DNA of 26,790 nt from Woeseiaceae bacterium (GTDB taxonomy: Bacteria > Pseudomonadota > Gammaproteobacteria > Steroidobacterales > Woeseiaceae). The translations under genes and the position numbers were made by a program. The stretch is from contig JAZFPY010000157.1 in the NCBI GenBank assembly GCA_036444875.1, forward strand, positions 1 through 26,790, read 5' to 3'. This document shows, one piece after another, positions 16,568-25,219 of the stretch (its first letter is position 1; every line of letters begins with the position of its first letter). Below the pieces are notes generated by a model that did not search any database, had not been told where the DNA came from, and worked only from the letters and a program-made list of their open reading frames with translations.

Positions 16568-17946
16568 CAGCCGGTGCGCCGCCATCGCGTGCCGCTTGGT
16601 CCGTCTTCGATGGACACGCTGTTGGCCGCCAACTGATCGCGAATAGCGTCCGCAGCCGCAAAATCCCTTTCCGCACGTGCTTCGTTTCGTTTGGCAATGA
16701 GAGACTCGATTTCACTGGCAGATAACGCGCTGTCATCAGAGCCAACAAACCATTTCTCCGGATCGCTTTGCAGTAATCCGACAAGATCGCCGGCCGCAAG
16801 AATTTCTGTCGAAAGTCGCAACCGCTCGGTCTCATCTTTGGTTTTGTTAAGTGCCCTGGCCAGATTGAATATTTCCGCCAAGGCCTTCGGCGTATTGAGA
16901 TCATCCTCGAGTGCAGCAATAACGGCCGCCGGTGGTTCTGCCCCCGCCCGATCGTCTGCCGATACCTCTATTCCGCGAACGGCACCGTAAAGCCGATCGA
17001 GCATTCGTCTTGCAGATTCAAGCGTCTCATCAGACCAGTCGAGCGGCTGGCGATAGTGCGCGCTTAACAGGGCCAGACGGATGACCTCACCCGGAGTGCT
17101 CTTGATCAAGTCATGCACAAGCAGGACGTTGCCGAGCGACTTCGACATCTTCTCGTGTGCAATGCTCAAAAACCCGTTATGTAGCCAGTACCGGGCCAAG
17201 GTGTCGCTGTCATGGACACAGGTGCTTTGCGCGAGTTCGTTTTCATGATGCGGAAAAACGAGATCCTGGCCGCCGGCGTGAATATCAATCGTGCGCCCGA
17301 GATGTTTCGCAGCCATTGCAGAACACTCGATGTGCCAACCAGGCCGCCCTCGGCCCCAGGGTGAATCCCAGCCCGGCAGATCCGGTGTCGATGGTTTCCA
17401 CAGCACGAAATCATGCGCAGACTTCTTGTAAGGCGCGACCTCGACTCGCGAGCCGGCGATCATCTCGCGTAGATTTCGCTTCGACAGCCGGCCGTAGGTC
17501 TCGCTTGCCGCGACGTCGAACAGCACATGGCCTTCCGCTTCATAAGCAAAACCCTTGTCGACCAGGACGCGGATCATCTCGATCATCTCACCGATATGCC
17601 GGGTTGCCCTGGGCTCGACATCCGGTGGCAGCACACCGAGGGCTGCCATGTCTTCGTTATAGGCACTGATGAACCGCTCGGTGATCTCGTCTATGGGCTT
17701 GCCCGATTCGACGGAGGCCGCATTGATCTTGTCATCGACATCCGTGATATTTCGCACGAAAGTCAGTTCATAACTGCGTCGCAGCAACCGCGTCAGGAGA
17801 TCAAAGACGACTGCCGGGCGAGCATTACCGATGTGCGCATAGTTATAGACAGTCGGGCCGCACAGGTACATTGTCACGTGACCCGATTTCAGCGGTTCGA
17901 ATGCGATCTTCTTAGCACTTAGCGTATCGTGCAGATATATCGTCAT
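16567..17946 (-). CDS. cysS: Cysteine-tRNA ligase
   Basis: [47 protein letters not shown] and KMSKSLGN. Start ATG 17946; the ORF-track TTG is at 17964. Confidence 0.97.
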   Translation of the reverse strand: MTIYLHDTLSAKKIAFEPLKSGHVTMYLCGPTVYNYAHIGNARPAVVFDLLTRLLRRSYELTFVRNITDVDDKINAASVESGKPIDEITERFISAYNEDMAALGVLPPDVEPRATRHIGEMIEMIRVLVDKGFAYEAEGHVLFDVAASETYGRLSKRNLREMIAGSRVEVAPYKKSAHDFVLWKPSTPDLPGWDSPWGRGRPGWHIECSAMAAKHLGRTIDIHAGGQDLVFPHHENELAQSTCVHDSDTLARYWLHNGFLSIAHEKMSKSLGNVLLVHDLIKSTPGEVIRLALLSAHYRQPLDWSDETLESARRMLDRLYGAVRGIEVSADDRAGAEPPAAVIAALEDDLNTPKALAEIFNLARALNKTKDETERLRLSTEILAAGDLVGLLQSDPEKWFVGSDDSALSASEIESLIAKRNEARAERDFAAADAIRDQLAANSVSIEDGPSGTRWRRTG

Positions 17947-18006
17947 ACTTGGAGCGCCCCGCAAAGGACCTGGGTCCGCGTTGCCGCCCGCGGCCGTAAA
18001 AGCGCA

Positions 18007-18015
18007 ATGATAGCA
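18007..18015 (-). promoter_or_regulatory. Candidate extended -10 promoter for cysS
   Basis: The - strand reads TGCTATCAT (TGn + TATCAT), about 60 nt upstream of the cysS ATG. No good -35. Confidence 0.35.
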
Positions 18016-18089
18016 AGGTCCGAATATCGCAACGATAGCCTAAGCGAGAGCGCAGCGGGTTGCACTCCGTAGTCGTGAATTATGCGGGG

Positions 18090-18785
18090 CTAGAAACGGC
18101 CTTCCGGCTTCGGTTGCCTTCTCGCACGCCGTTTAGCAACTGCCGGCTGCGGCTCACGCATCGCGATCACCCGGGCCTGATAGGTATATTCGATCGTGCC
18201 GATCAGCCACAGGTAATACGCGGCCAGTTCCGTGAATTCCTCGACCGCGATCTTGACAATGCGCTGATAGTCCTCGCCGAGTATCGCCATCCATAGTGGC
18301 TCGTGGACGACAAATTGCACGAAAGCGAACATGACGATCGCACCGGCAAAAAGTATCGAAAGCCCAGGTGATGGCCAGATTCGGCCCCATGCAATTCGAA
18401 ACCGCCGGCGATGTCGATAAGTATAGACAATGACCAGTGCTGCAGGTATCGCCAACAAGACCTGCCAGAGATTGTCGACGAACCGGTCCAGGAAAAAATC
18501 GAGCTCGCGAATAAAAAATGCCAGCGCAATGCCGCCGAAAAGAAATGCAATGGGTCTTTGCGACGGACAGTTGTTGGCAACCCATGCCAGCAACAGCCCG
18601 CAGATTGCCAGAATACCCAATTGAACGAGCTCGATAGGCGAGTACTCGCTTGTAGCGAGCGTGTCGGCCGGATTTAGATAAACCTGTAGTTTCAGACTGC
18701 CCGGTGAGGATATTTCGAGTTGCGTCAGGAGCCACGTAATTATCGCAACGCCGAAGAAATACAGGATGTATCGTAGGAGGGCCAT
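18090..18785 (-). CDS. Multi-pass membrane protein of unknown function
   Basis: About 6-7 hydrophobic segments, acidic motifs within or next to them (RELD, VEEFTEL), and a basic C-terminal tail. Confidence 0.82.
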   Translation of the reverse strand: MALLRYILYFFGVAIITWLLTQLEISSPGSLKLQVYLNPADTLATSEYSPIELVQLGILAICGLLLAWVANNCPSQRPIAFLFGGIALAFFIRELDFFLDRFVDNLWQVLLAIPAALVIVYTYRHRRRFRIAWGRIWPSPGLSILFAGAIVMFAFVQFVVHEPLWMAILGEDYQRIVKIAVEEFTELAAYYLWLIGTIEYTYQARVIAMREPQPAVAKRRARRQPKPEGRF

Positions 18786-18836
18786 CAGGACAGTTTAGTT
18801 TCTGAATAGGTCGCCGGCAATTCAATGAGACTCGAT

Positions 18837-18861
18837 GCAGGAACCCGTCCTGACGGGCGAT
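18837..18861 (+). repeat. REP-like palindrome, copy 1
   Basis: GCAGGAACCCGTC-CT-GACGGGCGAT: hairpin CCCGTC/GACGGG after a GYAG-type tag; 23/25 identical to 18887-18911. Confidence 0.85.
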
Positions 18862-18886
18862 GTACGACGACGCCAAAATAATCAAC

Positions 18887-18911
18887 GCAGGAGCCCGCCC
18901 TGACGGGCGAT
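18887..18911 (+). repeat. REP-like palindrome, copy 2
   Basis: GCAGGAGCCCGCCCTGACGGGCGAT, a direct repeat of copy 1 with a 50-nt period. It abuts the stop codon of the 18912-19133 ORF. Confidence 0.85.
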
Positions 18912-19133
18912 TCACGCCTGGCGAAGGCGAAATGTCGGACGTCTCTCGGACGGAAAAAGGCCGTATCTCTTGCGCCATGCGCTGGCATCTTCGGCATCCT
19001 CTTCATACCAGCGCCTGGTGCTGCCAGGACGAAAACTGTACCCCCGGTCATCCATGTCTTGCATGAGTGGTGCTCTGCCCGCTCCGGGAAGCTCAGCTAC
19101 AGAGTACGCAGCCAAATCGGATACCAGCAGCAT
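18912..19133 (-). pseudogene. Probable C-terminal remnant of a conserved hypothetical protein
   Basis: ELPGAGRAPLMQDMDDRGYSFRPGSTRRWYEEDAEDASAW resembles, from memory only, the C-terminus of a gammaproteobacterial hypothetical family (..LPGVGRARLMxDMDAWGYSFRLGSTRAWFExDAxDARAWL..). The N-terminal part is absent. Confidence 0.55.
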
Positions 19134-19134
19134 G

Positions 19135-19635
19135 CTACAGTGAGGATAGCTGCTTCAGGACGATGCGAACCAAATCGTCGACGATAGCCTCTCGAAGCAG
19201 CTCTTCTTCTCTGGCTTTGCCAAGTACAAGCGTCTCATCGTATGTGTAATCCCTGGTCAGCGTCAGAGATTGCGGCGTCATTATCGTGTCGTTGCCGCTC
19301 TCCACGGAATAATAGATCGTGTAATAAACCTCGTACTCGCGCGGCACATTACGCGCTGAAACTGACAAGACCCGTCGATCAGTTTCGTCAGCCAGTATCG
19401 AGAAAACTGCGGACGATTTTGCAGGCGAATCGACAAGCTGCACGCCGGCGTTTCCTAATTCGTCCCGGAGCTTTCTGTAAAACTGGCTGTATCTGTCGTT
19501 TGCCGATATGTAGGTGCGTGACATCTCAGCTGGAATGTCGGGTGCAGCGCGTAGCTGAAATCCGCATGCGGCCAATCCGCATCCGGCCACGAGCACACCA
19601 AGCACGGTTACTAAGAATCGCCTAGACAACAACAT
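19135..19635 (-). CDS. lptE: LPS-assembly lipoprotein LptE
   Basis: Signal peptide with lipobox LAAC followed by GFQLR, and [15 protein letters not shown]; immediately after leuS with a 14-nt overlap. Confidence 0.93.
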   Translation of the reverse strand: MLLSRRFLVTVLGVLVAGCGLAACGFQLRAAPDIPAEMSRTYISANDRYSQFYRKLRDELGNAGVQLVDSPAKSSAVFSILADETDRRVLSVSARNVPREYEVYYTIYYSVESGNDTIMTPQSLTLTRDYTYDETLVLGKAREEELLREAIVDDLVRIVLKQLSSL

Positions 19636-22072
19636 TCACCAGGCGGCCCGGTACGACAATCGTCTTACGAACCGTCTTGTCCGCGACGAAGCGCTTGACG
19701 TTTTCGTCGGCAAGTGCCTGCGCGGAAATCGAGTCGGAATCTGCATCTACCGCCACCAAGATCCGGCTGCGCAATTTGCCATTGACTTGCACGACGATCT
19801 CAACCGTGTCCTGGGCGAGCGCAGATTCGTCAAAAACCGGCCAGCCTACGTTCACCGGTGCTGATTCGTGACCGAGCGCATGCCAGAGCTCGTGGCAGAC
19901 GTGGGGTATGACAGGCGACAGCACCAGCACAATGGCATCGAGTGCCTCCTGAACCACAGAGCGTCCCGCGCAAGACGAATCATCAAAACGCTTGATCGCA
20001 TTCAGCAATTCCATCGCCGCCGCAATTGCGGTGTTGAACTTGTAACGACGGCCAATATCGTCACTCACCTTTTGGATCGTCTGGTGTGTCTTCCGCCGGA
20101 GTGCGCGCTGCTTGTCATTGAGCGACTTCGGTTCAACCGCTACCGCATCGCCCGCCGACACGTGCTCATAAATTGAGTTCCACAAGCGCTTGAGAAAACG
20201 AAACGCACCCTGCACGCCTTCGTCGGACCACTCCAGCGACATCTCCGGCGGCGCCGTAGACATCATGAACAGCCTTACCGTGTCTGCTCCGTATTTCTCG
20301 ATGAGTTGTTGCGGATCGACCGTGTTGCCCTTCGCTTTCGACATCTTGGCGCCATCTTTGAGCACCATACCCTGAGTAAGCAGATTGGTGAAAGGCTCAT
20401 CCGCAGCCGACAATCCGAAGTCACGCATCACCTTCTGGAAAAAGCGCGCATACAACAGGTGATGAATCGCATGCTCGATGCCTCCTGTGTATTGATTGAC
20501 AGGCATCCAGTAACGCTCGCGCTCATCGAGCATGGCATCGTTGCTGTCCGGGCAGGCGTACCGCGAGAAATACCAGGACGATTCAACGAACGTGTCAAAG
20601 GTATCTGTCTCCCGGCGCGCCGCTTTGCCACATTTCGGACAGATGGCCTCGTAAAATTCCGGCATTTGCTTCAGCGGAGATCCGACACCTGTAAATTCGA
20701 CATCCTCCGGCAAGACGACAGGCAGCTGGTCCTCCGGAACCGGCACTGCATCGCAATCATCGCAATAGATAATCGGTATCGGCGCACCCCAGTAACGCTG
20801 ACGCGACACACCCCAGTCGCGCAGGCGATAATTCACCGTGCGCCTGCCGCGGCCTTCATCTTCGAACCGTTTTGCGATTGCGTCGAGAGCCTGATCGTAA
20901 TCGAGACCATCAAATTCTCCGGAATTGACTACGATGCCATACTCGACATAGGGACCTTTTGTGATATCGATTGAAGACCCATCGGCCGGCGTTATTACCT
21001 GCGTGATCGGCAGACCATGCTTGTCGGCAAATTCCCAATCGCGGGCGTCGTGCCCGGGCACGGCCATGACGGCGCCGGTACCGTAACTCATCAATACAAA
21101 GTTGGCCACCCAGAGCGGAATTTCTTCGCCGCTGATCGGGTGTATGGCGGAGATGCCAAGCGGCATGCCTTTCTTTTCCATCGTCTCGAGCATCGCTTCC
21201 GCTGCCTGCGTCCGTTTACACTCCTCGATAAACGCGGCGATGTCGGGGTTGTCAGCTGCTGTCTTTTGCGCGAGCGGATGCTCTGCTGCCACGGCCATGT
21301 AAGTGACTCCAAGCAACGTGTCGGGCCGCGTCGTAAATACGGTCAGTGGCTCGTCTTCACCTTTGACATCGAAAGCCAGCTCGATTCCCTCCGAACGGCC
21401 GATCCAGTTGCGCTGCATTGATTTGACTGATTCCGGCCAGCCGTCCAGGTGGTCGAGCTCATCCAGGAGTTCATCGGCATAAGCTGTGATGCTCATGAAC
21501 CACTGTGGTATCTCGCGCCGCTCAACGAGCGCGTCAGACCGCCAGCCGCGGCCGTCGATCACCTGTTCGTTGGCCAGTACAGTCTGATCGACCGGATCCC
21601 AGTTCACGACCGAGTTCTTGCGGTAGACGAGGCCCTTTTCAAACATCTTCGTGAACAGCCACTGTTCCCAGCGATAGTATTCCGGGCGACAGGTTGTTAT
21701 TTCGCGTGTCCAGTCATAACCGTAACCCAACCGCTTAAGCTGGCCACGCATGTATTCAATGTTCTTGTAGGTCCATTTTGCCGGCGGCACGCCGCGCTGG
21801 ATCGCGGCGTTTTCGGCAGGCATGCCGAACGCGTCCCAACCCATCGGCTGCAGAACGTGCTTGCCCTGCATGCGTTGATATCGAGCGATGACATCGCTGA
21901 TCGTCAGTACACGAACATGCCCCATGTGTAGCTGACCGCTGGGGTAGGGAAACATTGTCAGACAATAGAACTTGTCTTTTTGCGGGTCTTCGCCAACCTC
22001 AAATGTCCGCTCCTTGTCCCAGAATTCGCGGGCGCTTTGTTCGACGGTTTCGGCGTTATAACTGGCGTCCAT
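19622..22072 (-). CDS. leuS: Leucine-tRNA ligase
   Basis: MFPYPSG.LHMGH, GWDAFG, CP1 editing motifs TTRPDT and [23 protein letters not shown], and a KMSK(A) loop. Confidence 0.98.
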   Translation of the reverse strand: MDASYNAETVEQSAREFWDKERTFEVGEDPQKDKFYCLTMFPYPSGQLHMGHVRVLTISDVIARYQRMQGKHVLQPMGWDAFGMPAENAAIQRGVPPAKWTYKNIEYMRGQLKRLGYGYDWTREITTCRPEYYRWEQWLFTKMFEKGLVYRKNSVVNWDPVDQTVLANEQVIDGRGWRSDALVERREIPQWFMSITAYADELLDELDHLDGWPESVKSMQRNWIGRSEGIELAFDVKGEDEPLTVFTTRPDTLLGVTYMAVAAEHPLAQKTAADNPDIAAFIEECKRTQAAEAMLETMEKKGMPLGISAIHPISGEEIPLWVANFVLMSYGTGAVMAVPGHDARDWEFADKHGLPITQVITPADGSSIDITKGPYVEYGIVVNSGEFDGLDYDQALDAIAKRFEDEGRGRRTVNYRLRDWGVSRQRYWGAPIPIIYCDDCDAVPVPEDQLPVVLPEDVEFTGVGSPLKQMPEFYEAICPKCGKAARRETDTFDTFVESSWYFSRYACPDSNDAMLDERERYWMPVNQYTGGIEHAIHHLLYARFFQKVMRDFGLSAADEPFTNLLTQGMVLKDGAKMSKAKGNTVDPQQLIEKYGADTVRLFMMSTAPPEMSLEWSDEGVQGAFRFLKRLWNSIYEHVSAGDAVAVEPKSLNDKQRALRRKTHQTIQKVSDDIGRRYKFNTAIAAAMELLNAIKRFDDSSCAGRSVVQEALDAIVLVLSPVIPHVCHELWHALGHESAPVNVGWPVFDESALAQDTVEIVVQVNGKLRSRILVAVDADSDSISAQALADENVKRFVADKTVRKTIVVPGRLVNVVV

Positions 22073-22148
22073 TCAGTCGTTCAATCCGCTTTGAGTTTAG
22101 GCCTACAAAAACCGGAAGGATATCTGGTTCTGCCTTCGTTCGCAGCAG

Positions 22149-22226
22149 AATCGCCCGTCAGACAGCTGAATGCTCCTGCAACACCTACACTCCCGCCATC
22201 CATGGCGGTCGGACAGCTCCAACGAT
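22149..22226 (-). repeat. Copy B: a REP whose 2-nt loop is expanded by a 50-nt two-GGA-hairpin cassette
   Basis: - strand: GTTGGAGC-TGTC-C-[GACCGCCATGGATGGCGGGAGTGTAGGTGTTGCAGGAGCATTCAGCTGTC]-T-GACGGGCGATT. The flanks equal the two arms of the REP at 18837/18887/22240. 59/64 identical to 3143-3206. Confidence 0.9.
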
Positions 22227-22239
22227 TCTATTGTCACCT

Positions 22240-22264
22240 GTTGGAGCCCGTCAGGACGGGCGAA
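22240..22264 (+). repeat. REP-like palindrome, copy 3, overlapping the lnt stop codon
   Basis: GTTGGAGCCCGTC-AG-GACGGGCGAA with a perfect 7-bp stem. Its reverse complement encodes the last lnt codons and the TGA. Confidence 0.88.
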
Positions 22265-23783
22265 ATTTTTCTCGCCAGGTAAACCAGACAAGAATTCCGC
22301 ACAGCAACGTTATGACCGGCCAGTTTCCGGTTCGCACATACGGCGTTGAGCCCGTGTACGGGATGACATCTATTGTCATCGTCGCACTCTCGAACTGCGG
22401 TGCTATATCGAGCAATTCCCCTTTGGGCCCGATGAATGCGCTGAGCCCGGTATTGGTCGCCCTGACAACGTAGCGGCCCGCTTCGAGTGCACGCATGCGT
22501 GCGATCTCGAGATGCTGGTGCGGCGCAATGGAATCGCCGAACCAGGCATCGTTGCTGACGTTGATCAAAACGGTTGCCTCGGGAAGAGCATAGAGCTGCT
22601 CGGCACCGTAAGCGTCTTCGTAGCAGATTGCGACGGCGAGTTTATTACCACTTAGAGATTCGAGTAGGGGTTGCTCGTCGTCGCCAGCGCTCAGATCGCT
22701 GCTCGGCAAACTCATTAAACGCATCCATCGCCGCACGAAGTCCGGTACTGGAAAGAACTCGCCGAACGGCACGAGGTGACGTTTTCGGTAGATCTGCCGA
22801 TCGTGGCCATCAAGCATGACAACACTGTTATAGACTTTCTGTGATGCAGGGTTCCGTTCGAGGATGCCGAAAAGAAGCGTCTTCGGCTGTACCCGAAGAT
22901 CGGACTGCAGTACGCCGAGATATTTTTCGACCTGATCAAGCACGGCTGGAATGGCGACTTCGGGCCAGACGACCAGATCGCTTTGACGATGCTTCAGTGT
23001 TGCGTTCCGGTACAGATCAAGCGTTGGCTGAAACTGTTCGCGCAACCATTTTCGATCCTGCGAAATTCCACCTTGCACAATTGTGGTACGCAGTGACTGG
23101 TCCGTTGCTTTGGTCCATTGAACAGGCTGAAGTGCGGCACCGATGATCCACGGTGATATGGCGATGCCTACCGCTAGCCATCGCTGACGGCCGCTCATAA
23201 TTATCACAATAAGCAGCGCGGCCGAACTCAGAACGGTGAGTACGGACGTGCCGTAAATACCGACAAGCGGGACCCAGCCGGACAAAGGCGAATCGATTTG
23301 GCTGTAGCCGACGGCAAGCCAGGGAAATCCACTGAGAAACCAGCCGCGAAGCCACTCGATGCTGACCCATGCGGACGGTGCAATGATCAACATGCGCCAC
23401 GCATTGCCTTTGACGAGTCGTGCAATCATCCACCCAGCTGCCGAGCAGTAAGCCGCCATGATAAGGACGAGGCAAACCATGATGACAATTGCGACCCATA
23501 GAGGCGCCTGTCCAAAAACGTGAATCGAGATGTAAAGCCAGTATGTCCCGCTAAGAAACAATCCCGTGCCGTACCAGAATAGTTGTTTTGCCGCAGTGCG
23601 AGGCGGCGAGTTGAGGCAGGCAAACAAGACCGGTATCAAAAAAACCGGCATCAGGAAGTACAGGCGGAACGGTGCAAAGGTCAGCGTCGGCAGCACGCCG
23701 AATACGAAGAAGAAAAGTAGACTTACGCGTGGTCTGCTGTCGAAAAACTGCTGGACCTGATCAAGTTTGCGAATATCAGGCAC
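22251..23783 (-). CDS. lnt: Apolipoprotein N-acyltransferase
   Basis: Multiple TM segments, GFPW...GYSQ, and the nitrilase-fold triad WPE / YRKRHLVPFGE / ICYED. Confidence 0.96.
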   Translation of the reverse strand: MPDIRKLDQVQQFFDSRPRVSLLFFFVFGVLPTLTFAPFRLYFLMPVFLIPVLFACLNSPPRTAAKQLFWYGTGLFLSGTYWLYISIHVFGQAPLWVAIVIMVCLVLIMAAYCSAAGWMIARLVKGNAWRMLIIAPSAWVSIEWLRGWFLSGFPWLAVGYSQIDSPLSGWVPLVGIYGTSVLTVLSSAALLIVIIMSGRQRWLAVGIAISPWIIGAALQPVQWTKATDQSLRTTIVQGGISQDRKWLREQFQPTLDLYRNATLKHRQSDLVVWPEVAIPAVLDQVEKYLGVLQSDLRVQPKTLLFGILERNPASQKVYNSVVMLDGHDRQIYRKRHLVPFGEFFPVPDFVRRWMRLMSLPSSDLSAGDDEQPLLESLSGNKLAVAICYEDAYGAEQLYALPEATVLINVSNDAWFGDSIAPHQHLEIARMRALEAGRYVVRATNTGLSAFIGPKGELLDIAPQFESATMTIDVIPYTGSTPYVRTGNWPVITLLCGILVWFTWREKFRPS

Positions 23784-23788
23784 CGCGA

Positions 23789-24658
23789 TCAGCCGGTCGC
23801 GGCACCCCTTCTGTCACGCTGTACTTGCAACGTATCGATGCGTCGGCGATCGGCTTTCGTTACCTGAAAATGGAACCCGTCGAAGTCCAACCGCTCACCG
23901 CGGAGGGGCAGGCGTCCCAGTTTATGCATGACAAGGCCGCCGATCGTATCGTAATCGTCATCGGTCAGTTCGCAATGAAAATAGTCGTTAAAGGCTTCGA
24001 TCCGTGTCAGGGCGCGTACCATGTAGGCGGGATGCCCGTCCTTTTCCACGTCCTTCTGGATGAACTCCGCTTCTTCATGGTCGTGCTCATCGTCGATTTC
24101 GCCGACGATTTCCTCCAGCACATCCTCGATGGTCAAGAGACCGGAGACCCCGCCGTATTCGTCGACAACGATAGCCATGTGATTGTGGCTGTCACGAAAC
24201 TCCTTGAGCAGCGCGTTAAGACGTTTTGACTCCGGTATGACCGACACCGGGCGTACGAGCTTCTCTATTTGTGGCCCATCCGCTGAGGAGCTGCCGAAAA
24301 AACGCAGCAGGTCTTTGGCAAGCAATACACCCAGCACGTCGTCCTTGTCCTCACCGATCACCGGAAAGCGTGAGTGTCCCGATAGAATAATCAACTCGAG
24401 CATCACATCCAGGCTGTGGTCGCGCTCGATAACGACCATCTGGGACCGTGGGACCATCACCTCGCGGACCTGGGTTTCGGCCACCTCGATAACGCCGCTG
24501 AGCATCTCCTGCTCTTCCGGGTCGAAAACACTTTCAGCCTGTTGTAGTAAATCGTGAATTTCTTCGCGGCTCCAAGGCTCACCTTTGATGGCGCGAATTA
24601 CGCGCTTGAATACGCCGGTTGCTCCTGTGCCGCTGGTACTTGGCGGTTTGTCGTTCAT
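23789..24658 (-). CDS. corC: Mg/Co transport-associated CBS-domain protein CorC (YbeX)
   Basis: VREVMVPRSQM, GHSRFPVI and VVDEYGGVSGLLTIEDVLEEIVGEI, plus a C-terminal CorC domain (DTIGGLVM). Confidence 0.93.
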   Translation of the reverse strand: MNDKPPSTSGTGATGVFKRVIRAIKGEPWSREEIHDLLQQAESVFDPEEQEMLSGVIEVAETQVREVMVPRSQMVVIERDHSLDVMLELIILSGHSRFPVIGEDKDDVLGVLLAKDLLRFFGSSSADGPQIEKLVRPVSVIPESKRLNALLKEFRDSHNHMAIVVDEYGGVSGLLTIEDVLEEIVGEIDDEHDHEEAEFIQKDVEKDGHPAYMVRALTRIEAFNDYFHCELTDDDYDTIGGLVMHKLGRLPLRGERLDFDGFHFQVTKADRRRIDTLQVQRDRRGAATG

Positions 24659-24703
24659 CGAAGTGCTTATATTGCCTTAACTCAACATTGTAACAGCTCG
24701 GGA

Positions 24704-25201
24704 TCAGCGTACCCGGTAGGGGTTTTCAATCCCCCGATCTGCCAGTAACTGTTTCTCCAGTGCCTCCATCTCCGCCGCCTGACTGGCAGTCTGATGGTCG
24801 TAGCCCAGCAAATGCAGCATGCCGTGCACAAGCAGGTGACCCCAGTGGCTGGCAGGACTCTTGCCCTGCTCTTCGGCTTCCTCCTCTACCAGCGGGCCAC
24901 AGATAACAAGATCACCGAGCGCCTGGATTTCATCCTCCGGCAGGCCAGTGATGCCATCCGGACCGCCTGCCGGGAAAGCCAGCACGTTCGTCGCCTTGTC
25001 CTGCCGTCGAAACTGCTTGTTCAGTTTGCGGCTCTCCTCCTCGTCAACAATCCTGACGGCGACCTCGTATTGTCTCGAGGTGTTTCGACTGCCCGCCTGA
25101 AAAGCCTGTTCCAGCCACGAATGAAGTTCCGCCTTCATCGGAATACTATCGACCTGACACGCCACCTGGAAATCGACGAATACGCTTCTGGACTCACCCA
25201 A
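24704..25201 (-). CDS. ybeY: rRNA maturation endoribonuclease YbeY
   Basis: LN..FR.QDKATNVLAF, LGDLVIC, and the zinc motif HGMLHLLGYDH. Confidence 0.95.
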   Translation of the reverse strand: MGESRSVFVDFQVACQVDSIPMKAELHSWLEQAFQAGSRNTSRQYEVAVRIVDEEESRKLNKQFRRQDKATNVLAFPAGGPDGITGLPEDEIQALGDLVICGPLVEEEAEEQGKSPASHWGHLLVHGMLHLLGYDHQTASQAAEMEALEKQLLADRGIENPYRVR

Positions 25202-25219
25202 GACAGTTCCAGGTCGCCG

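Noticed and set aside
18837-18911. CRISPR mini-array (palindromic repeat-spacer-repeat)
   Set aside because: Only two repeats, no cas genes or AT-rich leader, and the same palindrome occurs as a dispersed REP at 22240 and 22149-22223.
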